Shown in pieces: positions 22,166 through 34,860 of a DNA stretch of 64,000 nucleotides (within the stretch, counting starts at the first letter, position 1; the number at the start of each line of letters is the position of its first letter). The stretch is from NCBI GenBank assembly GCA_013265495.1, contig MU058221.1, positions 2,976,001-3,040,000 of the forward strand, written 5' to 3'. Below the pieces are notes generated by a model, which was not told the DNA's origin, made no database searches, and saw only the letters and a list, made by a program, of their open reading frames with translations. This DNA is from Vicugna vicugna (taxonomy: Eukaryota). Both the position numbers and the translations under genes were made by a program.

Positions 22166-25100
22166 TGCCCACTCTGTGATTCCACATCTCCCAGGGACTC
22201 CTCGAGGTCAGACAGAGAGAGAAGGAAGGTATGGGACATTACAGTGATTACTGAAAGAAGTGGAGGACTTTCTTGTTTTGTAACCATTCATATTGATGGT
22301 TTATGGTTTTCATGTGACTCACCTTTTTCTCTGAAATGTGAAGAATAGCAAAACATCAAATTTTTTCTGTGACAAAATTTATTATTAACGTCGTGATTCT
22401 TTTACTCAGAATAAATAGATTAGTACACTCTCTCTCTGGTGCCCCAAATTGTGTGTGTGTTGAGAAAAGAGACCAGAAATACTGTGGAATGATGAAACAC
22501 CTGCTAATGAAGACAGTGACGGAGGGTAGCTGCTTCTCCATGACTATGCCCTCTCTTTACGTTGCATTGTTTCATCTTTCTACAATTGAGGAGATACATG
22601 CATCTTTCTATCCCAGTTTTACACTGAGAATAGACAATAGAGTAATTTCCTTCAGGATGTATCTTAGGGAATTTTGACTATCAGATCAAAGAATTTAAAT
22701 CGTATTTTAAAGGTAAAGGGAAAAAATGTGAGTCACTGTGTTGGGCAGAGCTGTAGGAGCAATCCACCGGTCACACTCTGAAGTTAAATTTTGGGGAAAT
22801 TATAAGACATTGAGTCCATCTACTCACCTACTCTGAGGCCTCTTGCTTTAAAACAAAAGCAAAACCAGAGTCAAACACAAATCCGCTACTCACATGACTG
22901 GCCCTCTAGAGCTTTTCACCTTGCCTTTCCCTGGAGTAAACTTTATCAACTCTTCCCCACGTACGGAGAACACCCGAGCTCAGGGGTGGTGGTTCCAATT
23001 GGGTATTCATGTGTTTTCTGATCTACTGTAGGCATGCTTTGCTTGTGTTTAAATTTTTTGGAATATTTTGTAAACATTTTTCGCCCCATCGCATCTGACA
23101 AGTTCAAAAGCAGTAAAAAGGGTGATACTTTAGGAGGCTTATTAGACAAACACACGTCGGCTGAATATTTATTGTGTGCTTGTGAACCAATGCATTTTCC
23201 TTGGTGCTGTCTGAGTTTACGTATTTTAGACAGGGATGCTCCTAGGGGATTAAGTGGGGGAATTTCTGACAAGTCTTCAAGGCCTTTCAAGGCAGCCCTT
23301 TGTCCCATGTCACTACTCTGACTGTAAAAATTTATCATCAACAGTTAACAGTCTTCTTTATGGTCTTCTGATTCAAATTCAATTTTCCAAATATGATCTG
23401 ATCAGTACAGAGTACAATGAGAGTATTACTTCAGATCTGCACATTTGACTCTCATTTACACTAATTTTAAGGGTTAGATCTACTTTGACTCATGTCACTT
23501 TGCCATCAACATTGAACTCTGAGATTTTTCCATAGGCATGGCTGCCAATCCAAGTCATTCTAGCTCTGTATTTTATTATTAATATCACGTGTGTTCCACC
23601 TATTTGAGTATAATTAGAACAAAACTTGTAGAATTATAAACTCAAGAAAAATTCAAAAATTGTATTTGGAGTTAAAATGCAAAACTTAAAAAAAGAATGA
23701 TTCAAAACAAAACCCCAAACACCAAACTTCCAGAGGGATAAGTTATAATATCGCTATCAGGGGAACTGACCACACAGTTTATTCTGAGCTCCCTGGAAGT
23801 CAAAAAAATAAAAGTAAAAAAAAAAAAAAAAAAGAGGAGCTGAATTTTAGGATTCTAGGAATGGTTCAGTTCAGAATTCAAGAATAACTGTATCCGTTAT
23901 ATAGTATGCTCTCTGTTCCCAGTCAGTTCTGTCCAAATGTAAGAAATATATTGCACTGACTGAGCACAAGTTAGTTCTTGATAACCTTAAAAAGAAGAGA
24001 ACAGGTCCTGCCAGGAGACCCAGGATAAGGAAGCTTGGTTTTGATGTCGAGCGAGGGTAAGGCATTCTGGAAAAGCTAGGTCCTGGAAGGAAGGGGTGGA
24101 TGCCACGCATCTTTTGCTGGCATGGAGAGCAGCTGAATGGTGACATCTATGAAAGCAGTGGGGAACGGCAGGTTATGTAGAACAAATTTTAATATTCACG
24201 CATCCCATTGTCACATTCTGATTTTCCAGTTGGTCTATATCGCTAGTGGAAAAAAACAAGATTGGTTGAATCTGGTGATTTGGATGGTTCACGAATGCCT
24301 TCCTCCCTGGATGCACCTTGGGGCTGAGCTGCCTCCTTCCATGACTGCTTTGGGGAGGATGATAACAGACGCTGTCCCATGTGTTATCTTTAAAGCTTCT
24401 GAGAGACAGTCTTAATCCTGCCATGTCACAACTCACTCTTCAATCACCAGACATTGCGAAGTTCATGTCAATTTGATCTTGTAACTCATCCATTACTCCT
24501 GGGCTGATGGTGACAGCTGTCATTAGTTTAATGATCAGAGTTACCCATTGTCGTAATTAAGGTGATCACTTAAGGAGGCTAGGTGTATCATTACTTAATA
24601 CATCAAATTAGGAAAGGATGTCATGCCTGGGCACACAAAATCGCCCATCATTTTTGAAGATGAGTCAATCCATTAAATGCTTCTCAATAAAATAACCATG
24701 TGGGCCTTCAGGACGTATCATTTTCTGGGGGATCTTAACTAATGGCATGAGGTGGGGTTCTCCCAAGCTCTAATGTCGGCCATTATGGCCAAATGAAAGT
24801 TCCCCTGACATCCATCATGTCACGGACGTGGCTTCACAACTGTGACGCTTCACGTGTGTGGCTGCAGAATATGGAATTGTGTTTCCATGCTCAGATCACC
24901 CGCTATCTACATAGTCCTAGAACGTTTTCAAGAAGTGATCTTTCTTTCCACTGGCCCATCAAAACTTTTCCCCTTTAGCACTCTGGACAATCTTTTGCAG
25001 TTGATGGTGTTTTGTTTCTTTTTTTTTTTTAAATTTGTAAAGCCCTTTTGAAAACTCTTGTAAAGAATTGGAGGGAAGTTATTTTATTTTCTTCTGCAGC

Positions 25101-25487
25101 TTTCTTGGGACATGTGTCAGCATGTTCTGACTTGATTTTCATTAACCAGGGGCTTTCTGGATGTTTCCTACAAGAATAATAGCTCCTGGATACCAGCTTC
25201 CATGTCGCATGTATCTCTACTAAATCTAGCACTGATTTCTCCCATTATCTTTTAATTTTTTCAAGCCTCAGAACCAATCACATGATGATTCTCTCAACAT
25301 GTGTTGATGAGAAGTTGAAATGAGACAGATCATTTTGCTTGTTTATCAAAATACCCCAGGGATGACTGCAAAGAATTTATTGGTACCAACTATCTGCATA
25401 GATCCAGTGGCCAAACTGGCTACAATTGAATTAACTTCATCAGAATTTTCACTGGGATTCAGTGTTCCTTTTTAAAGTCCCATTTAG

Positions 25488-25830
25488 CCATTCATTGATT
25501 TATTTAAACACTTGTTCATTCATTAATTTGTCATTTAACAAGGATTTATTGAATTCCTTCTGTGTGCCAGATGCTGTGGAAGAGGTATGGAGGTAAATAA
25601 GATTAGGCCACGTTGTAGGAAGTTTTAGGTCCTCTGGGCTGATCACTGTCTAGCAAGGGAAGCAGACATTTGAACTGATATCTGTAATATATTGTAATAT
25701 GTACAATCTTAGCGATTAGTCAGTAACTGTGAATACACAGACCGCACAAAGACTAATTCTGCGCTGGAATTTGAAGAAAGATTTCAGAGAAGTGGGGTCA
25801 CTTATTTTGAATGTTGGTGAGTCAGTGAGA
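25488..25830 (-). mobile_element. L2 LINE 3' end
   Basis: CATTCATT repeats followed by ATTTATTGAATTCCTTCTGTGTGCCAGATGCTGTG, the antisense L2 tail. Confidence 0.75.
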
Positions 25831-26029
25831 ATTTTCTAGACAGATGGAGTTGCAAAGAGTTTACCATGCTCAGGAAAATAAATGGAAGGTGGGGGGAAAT
25901 TAGATACATGGCACACTTAAAAGAGAGGAGAGACTCCGAGTATGGCTTAGAGAGGAGGCTGGGGCCAGCTGAGCATGTGTCTTACAAGCTCTGTCGAGTC
26001 ATTTGGATGGTCCTGTTGGCCCTTCATCT

Positions 26030-27170
26030 TCAAAGCATAGTACTTGACCTAAAAAATCTTTTGTTCTCCACACAAGTTCACTGGTTATCTTGGGACAAAG
26101 AACTATATAGAGTTGTTCAGCTTAAAAAAAGAAATGTGCCAAATTTTCTATCCTTTTATGTAACAGGTATTTTCAGTCGTATTCTATTTAGCCGCATTTT
26201 TTTTTAGAGATGCCAGAATGCAACCCTTGAAGGTAAAGAAGATGTTTCAAGTTTGTAAGTAAAACTAACCTTTCTAACATGGAAAAGATAAAAATAACTG
26301 GAAATATTTTCATTGTTATGTGATTTTTACATATGAAAAGTATATATATATATATATTTATGCCAGCTATAATTTTTTTCAAAATCAACCACTCAAAGAA
26401 CTTGGAAACAGAATTTTCAATGTGTGTAAAAATAAAAGATGGAAGTGCTCAATTTTTTTTCAACAACAACTAAGTGTAATAAAGGAAATTTGCCTATTGA
26501 ATTCCAGTAGCAGTAAGAAATCTTTGCATAGTTGGCAGATAAGATTGCAAAATGTGGTTCATAACATGAATGATTGAGCCAGGTTTCCCATTTAATTCTG
26601 TGTTTTTATCATGAGGCAGATTTTCAGATATACAATCATCAAACTCAAGTATCACAATATATTGAGCTTAGCACCATACTTTCAATTTGAAGTAATTTAG
26701 TGGCTTAAATGAAAATTTTCAGAAATAATAAGCCATTTACAATCCTATGTGTCTCTCAATATTAAATATGTATTTATATGAATTATGTTATATTTCCAGT
26801 AATTTTTTAGAATTAAAAAGTAAAATAAGAATATATTTATTTTATCTTGATTCTTTTAAAATGTCTATTCTGAGGTAAAAAATATTTTGAGGTATAACTA
26901 GTATTGTCCGTATTATAGAAAGTGAAAATTTTATAATATAAATTAATATATAATATAAATATAATAAAAAAATAAAATGAAAATTTTATTATAAAATTTA
27001 TCAATTTTATAAATCAAATAATTCTGATACATAAATTCTTTAAAATGTGTAAATCAATACATTTCTGAATATGTATATAATTTAAAAGTCGTTGTGTGCA
27101 TGAATTTGGGGTGTGCAGGGCAATAACATTGCATAAATAGGCCTGTGTAAATAAAAACATTTGGATTCTG
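26030..27170 (+). mobile_element. degenerate hAT-Charlie (Charlie7-like) transposon with transposase remnant
   Basis: NLLFSTQVHWLSWDKELYRVVQLK resembles the Buster/Charlie LLYHTEVRWLSRGKVL motif. TIIKLKYHNILSLAPY from 26632 resembles the hATC dimerisation motif TxIKTKYRNxLNLEPD. Many stops and frameshifts. Confidence 0.75.
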
Positions 27171-27299
27171 TTGCTGTGGAGAACAAGTCATTGGTGTTTT
27201 CTACAGAGGAACTTGCACTGACTTGGATAAACCATAGCCTTTCATCCACGGTATATTCTATTCTTTGGTCCTTGATTGACTTCCTCCCTTTTTTAAGCT

Positions 27300-27900
27300 T
27301 TTAAAATATTTATTTAGATATTTTAAATACGTAACAATTATTCATGGACCCACGGTCCCAAACAAAACCTCGTCAGCAACCTGCATTGGATTATATTCTT
27401 TCTACCAACATATCCCCAGGCCCCCCACATACACCCTGGGGGTTCACGTCCTGAATCCTGCGTCCATCACTCCCTTGCTTCCTTCTTAATGTGGTGTTAT
27501 TTTTAATTAGATTTTAATTTTAGAATTCAGAAGTTTGCTTCTTTATATTTAACTTTGGAGAGTGGGTATCCCACTTTCGGCTTATACGGGGATTCATTTT
27601 TTACCTTAGCATTGTGGTACCAAAGTCCGTATCATTGCGCAACACTGTGGTTCATTTGCCTTCACTGCTAGAAATCACCACATTGTTTGATACGCGCCAG
27701 TGTCTTGTCCACCTCCCACTGCCAGGCGTGCGAACGACTTCGGGTTTTTGCTGTTGTGGTCAGTAGCTCTTAAGACATTTGCGTACATGTCTCGCAAGGA
27801 ACTGAAGTCAGCGCTCTAGACCAGTACTGGGTCACAGGACACGGGAAAATCCACTTTAGGAGGTACTTTCCAGAATGTATTCCATGGTGGTTGCACTCAT
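27300..27900 (-). mobile_element. ancient L1 (L1ME-like) 3' region
   Basis: Degenerate antisense L1M 3'-UTR (CTGTGGTTCATTTGCCTTCACTGCT, TTTTTGCTGTTGTG, GGTGGTTGCAC). Confidence 0.55.
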
Positions 27901-28544
27901 TGATCTGTCAGTGGCTTTCCTACAAGAGGTGCCACACAGGATTTATGCATTTTGGACCAATAACTCTGGTAGCAACGCTGGGAATGATAGGAGGGGAAGG
28001 GAGACAATTTGTGGGGTCCTGAAGGGACCATGCCTTTAATGATTTCATGTATGCTGCACACTTTTCAGAAACCTGAACGATTTTTATTAATCATAATAAA
28101 TGTATGAAAAACTGTGCATTGAGATTCAAGGCCAAGCTCAAGAAAAACCGCTTTGTCGTCATATCCAACAAGACCACTGACTAAAAAGCAAAAAATGCTG
28201 GGGACATCGCTACTGAAGGGAAGCAAAACTGGTGATGGCCAATGGCCTCATTATTTCTGAACCATGTCCCCACACCTCATCCACAAGGCGCACACAGTCA
28301 CAGCCCTGCATGGAGACACAGGCCCTAATATTTAATTTTTCTCCAGGGGCCCGCATCCCTGCAGTTATCACCTGGCAACAAGTAGAAGAATCTTCAAATA
28401 TTCTTTTTCCTCAGACTTTCTCTGCACTGATACACACACACACACACATATATATATATACATATATTCATTTTCATATTCTTTAACTTCACTTTTAGAA
28501 ATTATTTTGCTGAGAAGAAACTCTTAAAAACCACTCGTGTGTAT

Positions 28545-28680
28545 TATCCTCCTAGTAACCAAGACTGCAGTATATTCCTGTTTTATGGATGATGCTATTA
28601 GACCTCAGAAGGTTGAAGCACTATGCCCCAAACCACGCGGATCTTCAGTGCTGTGGCTCAGGTGGGAGCCATTTCTGCCT
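28545..28680 (-). mobile_element. MIR fragment
   Basis: TATTCCTGTTTTATGGATGATG...CTCAGAAGGTTGAAGCACTATGCCCCAAACCAC. Confidence 0.65.
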
Positions 28681-30016
28681 TACCGCAGAGCCCGTGATCT
28701 TCCCGATCATCCTCGCGTCTTTAGGTCCTCCTTGTATCGAAGCAACTGCACTGAACCATAAGACATGATGACACAGGACCAAGGAGGAATTAAGCATGTT
28801 AAGAAATGGAGACGGCGCAATCATCGCTTTCAGAGAAGTCCTTGAATAGTTGTGCTGAAGCTGTGCTTAAGTCGACTGCCGGAGCAGAGGGGCGTGAGGT
28901 AGGCACAGGTGAATTTTGTGTAACAGGGTTTGCTGCACGTCAGAAAGCATCGTGTGGTGTAGACTGGGACTGAGGGCAGAATGGTCAGTGGGGGCACCCT
29001 CTCCTGAGACTTCAGCACTGCGGATACAGCAAGCCACGTCCCACAGCAAGGGCGTTGGACTGTAGGTGGCCAGGAGTGTCTCACCTGCACCAGGTGATGC
29101 TCACTGCTGTTCACTCAAGCCGCCGCCGTATCACGGAAAGGATGGGAGAAGGGAGGAGTGGTGCATGATGGTAAGAGGAACTGTATCTTACTACGCTGGG
29201 TAATAATTGCCATATTGTACCTTGGACAGTAGATACGGGAAGATTTTGAGTCCGTGAAGAACCAGCAGCATACATAAATAAATAAATAAACCAGCAACAA
29301 ACAAGCACCCATAAAATAAAATTCAGATCCCTTAATGTAAAAGTCGTGCATAAAATTAAACCGTCGGCAGCAGATAAAAGCCAACAACACCACCGTGTAT
29401 GATCACACGCTGCTTAACTGCGGGAAAACAAAATCGGGGGAAATAAATTTGAGGAAGTGCAATTAAGACTAACTTCGAACAAATGGAGCTTTATTTCCTC
29501 GTCCTAATTAAAAAACAAACAAATGAAAAATAAACAGCGTTTGGGATTGCTTGGCCTTTAATTAAAAGAATCTTTCGAGTTCTTCTCACTCATGTCCACC
29601 TGACAGACTTCCCTTACAGGACAAAGCTATGAAACGTTATTGTGAAATATAAATGCTGTAACCCCCATTAAGAATCTGAAGAAACAAAAAAAGCCTCCAA
29701 AGAAGTTGTTTTGATAATTCTTTTGAGGTTTCTTTAAGTACTACTCCTGTTTCTCAGATACGTCTTTTTTGTTTGAATTTGCCTCCTGTGTGACATGGCA
29801 TGACAGCTTTACGCAGCCTAAATCCCCATAGCGAGAGCCCCAGTATCATCCTGCAGGAATCGGCGGGGAGTAAGGGCTTGGTCCTCTCTGAATTACACCA
29901 GACAGGAATACTGGGAACTAAAACGTACATACACCTACAGATGAGTGGCTGGGTTGGCAGAAACATCCACACCTTTGCTCCCAGAAAATGCTGGATGTGG
30001 CTAAAGTCTTGCTTGG

Positions 30017-30537
30017 TCATCTGTCGATGGACATTTAGGTTGCTTCCGTGTCCTGGCTATTGTATATAGTGCAGCTATGAACACTGGGGTGCAGGTGTCT
30101 TTTTGAATTAGAGTTCCCTCTGGATATATGCCCAGGAGTGGGATTGCTAGATCATATGGTAAGTCTATTTTTAGTTTTTTGAGTTATCTTCATATTATGA
30201 TATATTTATACTCAGTGATTAAAAAAAAACAATAGAATAATGCCATTGGCAGCAACATGGATGGACCTGGATATCTTCATTCTAAGTGAAGGAAGCCAGA
30301 AAGAGAAAGAAAAGTACCATATGAGATCGCTCATATGTGGAATCTAAAAAAAAAAGGACGCTAACGAACTCATCTACAAAACAGAAGCAGACTTGCAAAC
30401 ACAGTAAACAATTTTGTGGTTACTGGGGGGAAGGGAGTGGGAAGGGATAAATTTGGGAATTTGAGATTTGCAAAGGGTAACCACTATATATAAAAACAGA
30501 TTAAAAACAAATTTCTTCTGTATAGCACAGGGGAAAA
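30017..30537 (+). mobile_element. 5'-inverted (twin-primed) young L1 insertion
   Basis: Antisense L1 at 30017-30196 joins sense L1 at 30197-30537. TSD AAAGTCTTGCTTGG (30003-30016) and AAAATCTTGCCTGG (30538-30551). Confidence 0.9.
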
Positions 30538-31035
30538 AAAATCTTGCCTGGAAAGACTGTGTGTGACGAGGTACCCCATGGGACGCCAGGTAAAGGTGTT
30601 TTATCTCACACTGAATGTGGAGGCACATTGTGGCTAGGAGGCTATTGAAATAGGCATGAACAGAACATTTTAGCCAACTCTGTGTTAGCAAAATATTTAC
30701 CAGTTGCTGTTTGGATGAAATCAGTAATTTTAATAATGCCGGTGATAGCAGAACATTCAGGTTGTAGTAATCCACCGTTCCCCCTTTTCAAGTTTCAGAA
30801 GAAGCCAAATTGGCGATTAAATGAAAAAGCAGTGAGGATAATCATTCCTTTACCAAACAGTTCCCATATAATGAGTTTCCATCCTTGAAAGTCTGTTTTA
30901 ATTTACTTTGGACCACATTAACTAGTCACTTGAGAAAGGGGGGGCTGGTCTATGGGTTCCCTTTTTGTCAAGCCCACATGTAAGTTTCAAAGACCTAATT
31001 TAAATGTAAATTAAAATGTATTTTATTTTACGACT

Positions 31036-31506
31036 TGTGGACTAAGAATGCGGCCTGCCATATCAGTAAACAGAGGATGCTGCAGCCACCAAGCCATCAG
31101 TCATTTCAGCCGCTCCCCCCACGGTGAGGCCTGAGGAGGCTCAGGATGGGAAAGCACAGGACACTGGTCCTAGACACCTGGGTGCACATCAGAGGGATGA
31201 TTCCAGTGAACCCAGACTTTTGTATCTTCCTGCACATAGAAAAATGCTAGATTTATTAAGATCTGTAATTTTCTTTATTAAGATACTGTAATTAACAGTA
31301 ATCTTCTGATGTTCTGACTACCTGTCTTTTGGGTTTTTGTTTGCCATAAAACGCCTGTTTATGCTGCACCCTGGCTCCCGCCTCACCTCTTTGGGGCAGT
31401 CCCTCAGAGCTATCTGAGAGGCTGTGTCCTGAGCTTTAAGTCCTCAGAAAATCCACCGAATAAGAGAGAATTCTCAACTTTAGGTTGCGCATCTTTTTCA
31501 GTGACA
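31036..31506 (+). mobile_element. ERV1-class solo LTR (MER34/MER39-like 3' end)
   Basis: TG...CA termini. The R/U5 CCTCAGAGCTATCTGAGAGGCTGTGTCC...TTAGGTTGCGCATCTTTTTCAGTGACA is typical of this group. TSD not clear. Confidence 0.7.
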
Positions 31507-32239
31507 TAGTCAGTGGGTCAGAAAATCCATGCTAACTTTGGGATATTCTGGGGCGTTAATTCTATGATCATGGGAAATTTTGGCAGGACAATAGTTCTGA
31601 AGGCCAAGGTGAGATATAACTCTGTCCTCTGTTTATACTTGGGAACTCCCCTAAGATGCCTTGTTTGAATTTTGCAGGATACCCGCTGTGTAACTCTAAT
31701 TTAAGCTCCAGTGTTGACTAAGGCCATGAAGGTTTGCCTAATGATGCCCTTGAGGATTTGCTGAAGTCAATTCAGAGTCTACGGGATGGAGGCATGAAAG
31801 GCAACCAGCCCTCTTTTATCTTTTCGATGTATAAACCCTTCTGGAAAATTTTGGATTTCAAATTGGGTTCAGTTACGGACAATTGGTTCAGCTTTTTCCT
31901 ATTGCCCTGTATCTCAGTTTCTACCCTTCTTTCCTTCCTTCTTTTTTTGTGGTTGCTGGATACAGTTTGGGGGAACCTTCCTGCCCTGATCACATTTATA
32001 CGTTTATTCCTCCAAGGAGTCTCCAGTCAACACCATCAGCGTCAGGGGCCTCCTCTGTCACAATGGTTGAATTAATCCTTGGTTGTGCCAGGGTCGTATC
32101 TTAGGTATTTTTACCCTAGAACCCTGAGCCTCGGGATCTGTTGTGGCGTCAGAGGCATGGGCAGCAGCAGCAGCAAAGGCATTTGTGGAGTCCTACAGAG
32201 TCACCCGCTTTTAGGATTGCAGACGTCAGCATGCCACAT

Positions 32240-32525
32240 GGTACCCTGCTGGAGAACGGCGACTTCAGGCTGATCACGAGCTCTCTGGAGCGCTGCCCTG
32301 TCACCACCAACCAATCAGAGAAAGTCACTCACGCTACAGCCCTCACACCAAATTTTGCCTGTAAAAACTTTCCCTCCAAATCATCGGGCACTTCAGGTCT
32401 TTCTAGCAGGAGCCACCTGTCATTCCTTGCTCGCCCTGCGATAAACTTTCTCTGCTCCAATCTCTGATGTTTCAGTTTGTTTGGCCTCACTGTGCATAGG
32501 GCACATAAACTCTTGTTCAGTAACA
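32240..32525 (+). mobile_element. ERV1-class LTR 3' fragment
   Basis: CCAATCAG box, then GATAAACTTTCTCTGCTCCAA...TTTGGCCTCACTGTGCATAGGGCAC...TTCAGTAACA terminus. The 5' boundary is uncertain. Confidence 0.7.
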
Positions 32526-32544
32526 ATACCTCGCTTCCACTTGT

Positions 32545-32635
32545 AGATATTCTGATTTAATCAGTATGAGATACAATCAGGGCACTAGGATTTACAAAGT
32601 TCCTACAGGGAAGCAAAGTGTGAGAACCACTAATC
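32545..32635. mobile_element. MER5-like fragment
   Basis: AGATATTCTGATTTAATCAGT...TGAGAACCACT terminus. Confidence 0.55.
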
Positions 32636-33029
32636 TAAACAATAGTTAAATCAGGTGTCTGAGAAATAAAATTAGAACTTTTTTAAACGGACTTGCTTAT
32701 TACAATAACCAAACAAGTTGAGAAACTCCCAAGGCCTCTCAGGATTCAGGTTTGGAATGAGTTAGATCTATTTCATGCCTAAAATTCCCTTGCTTATTCA
32801 GTAATTTTTTTTTAAAAAAAGTTCTCTCAAGAAGTCCAAAAGACTCATTCACAGATTCATATTTATTGCTGGCATGTAATGAAGGCGACCTTTTGTACAG
32901 AACTTTATTATACTTTGTTTTAATTGGAATTTTAGTTGATCTTTCTGACACAAATTTAAGTCACCAAGGACAATTACAACATTGTCATGATAGCCCCAGG
33001 ATTTTATATTAATTCCCTGAACTTACTGA

Positions 33030-34255
33030 TGAAATAAAAGTGTTAAATTCACAAATATGTAGAAATTAAACAATAATTCTTAACCAGTAGGCCAAAGAAG
33101 AAAACACAGCGAAATTTGAAATTTAACTTTGAGACAAATGAAAATGAAAACACAGCATACCAAAACTATGGACTAGAGTGAAGACAGCACTCTATAGGAA
33201 ATTTATAGCTGTAAATGCCCACATTAAAAAATAAGAAAGTTCTCAAATTAATAACAGCCCTTTATACTTAAGGAACTAGGAGAAAGAAAATTAATCTAAA
33301 CCCAAAGCTAGCAAAAGAAGAGATAAAAACTAGACCAGAAACTCATGAAATAGAAAAGCAATAGAGAGATTAATGAAATCAAAGTTTGGTTCTTTGAAAA
33401 TATCAACAAAAATCTTAAAATATTTAGCTATAAGGACTCAAGATGAGAGAAGACACAAACAAGAAAATCAGAAATAAAAGTAAGGGGATTACTATTGACT
33501 TTATAGAAATAAAAGAGAATGTTATGAATAATTACATACCAGCAAATCAGATAATCTAGATGAAATGAACAAATTACTGGGAGCACACAAATTACCTTAA
33601 ATATCTCAAGAAGAAATAGAAAGTCTCACCAGACCTATTTCAAGTAAAGAGATTAAATCAGTAATCAAAATCTTCCAGCGGAGGAAAATGCAGGACCAGA
33701 TGGCTTTACGGGCAAATTCTATCTAATTTTTAAAGGGGAATTCACATCAATCTTTCTAAAGCCATTCCAAAAATTTAGAGAAGAGGAAACACTTTATAAC
33801 TCATTCACTGAGGTCAGAATTCACTTGATACCAAAGCTAGACAAAGAGAAGAACACGAGACTGATATCCTTCCTAAACACAACTTTATCCCAGGAATGCA
33901 AGGGTGGTTCAACACAAGCAAATCCATCAGAGTAATAGCTTTCCCGCATTACAGAATGAAGGGAAAACTCATATGATCATCTCTGTTGGCTCAGAAAAAG
34001 CATGTGACAAAACCCAACATCCTTTATAATTAAAACACTCAGGTAACCATGAATATGGGAACGTCAAACATTATAAAGGACTTTTATGAAAAGCCTTCAG
34101 CTGTCATCATAGCCAATGGTGAAAGATTAAAACTCTCCTTGTAAGATCTGGAACATGGCAAGGATGCACATTTTCACCACTGCTAGTCAACATTCTATCG
34201 TAAGTACTAGCTAGAGCAATTAGGTAAGAAAAATAAATAAAAAGCATCCAAATTT
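33030..34255 (+). mobile_element. ancient L1 ORF2 fragment (post-endonuclease linker to early RT), decayed
   Basis: AATGAAAATGAAAACACAGCATACCAAAAC, GGAAATTTATAGC, CAGGACCAGATGGCTTTAC and CCCAGGAATGCAAGGGTGGTTCAAC. Internal deletion near 33880; no open frame. Confidence 0.92.
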
Positions 34256-34369
34256 TACGTGTCTGTCCAACATTCACTCACCATTGGGGGTGTGTGTGTG
34301 TAATTATTTCAAGTCACATAATTAAATCAATTATAGACCTTGGTTTCTGATACCCTCCTATCACGGGCT

Positions 34370-34860
34370 TTTACGTATGTTTTTATGTTTTTAATTAGCT
34401 ATTAGAACTCACCACTCAAAACAAAAGCTTATGACTTTACAAAAATCTGTATTTATTTAACTATATACTACTCTTTCAGCAACTTATCCCCAGGCTCCTC
34501 CCCACCTCAGAGAACAATCACCCCAAAATCTATGTTCATCTTTTCCTTATGTTTCTTCGTACATAATTTCTAATTGCATATATGTGTACCTAAAATTATT
34601 TATTTTTTACTTTACTTCTTTTAACCTTGCCAAACAGATATTTGGCTATGTGAAATCTTTTAAATTTGTATTTTTGTATCATACTGTTTAGATTTATCCA
34701 TACTGTCATGTGTGCCCATGATTTATTTGCTGTGAATGTTGTATAATATTCCACTGTGTGAATATGATAAAGTTCATTTATCTACTCTTCTCTTGGTGAG
34801 TATCTGGAATGTTTCTCTCTTTTAAAAAAATTACCATTACGAACAATATTGTTATGTCAC
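34370..34860 (-). mobile_element. ancient L1 (L1ME-like) 3' region
   Basis: Antisense TTAGATTTATCCATACTG...GTATAATATTCCACTGTGTGAATAT. Confidence 0.6.

Noticed and set aside
26900..27080. Extremely AT-rich stretch as a special element
   Set aside because: It is low-complexity expansion within the 3' part of the Charlie-like fossil.
33030..34255. Active reverse transcriptase
   Set aside because: It is a heavily mutated, internally deleted L1 ORF2 with no open frame.
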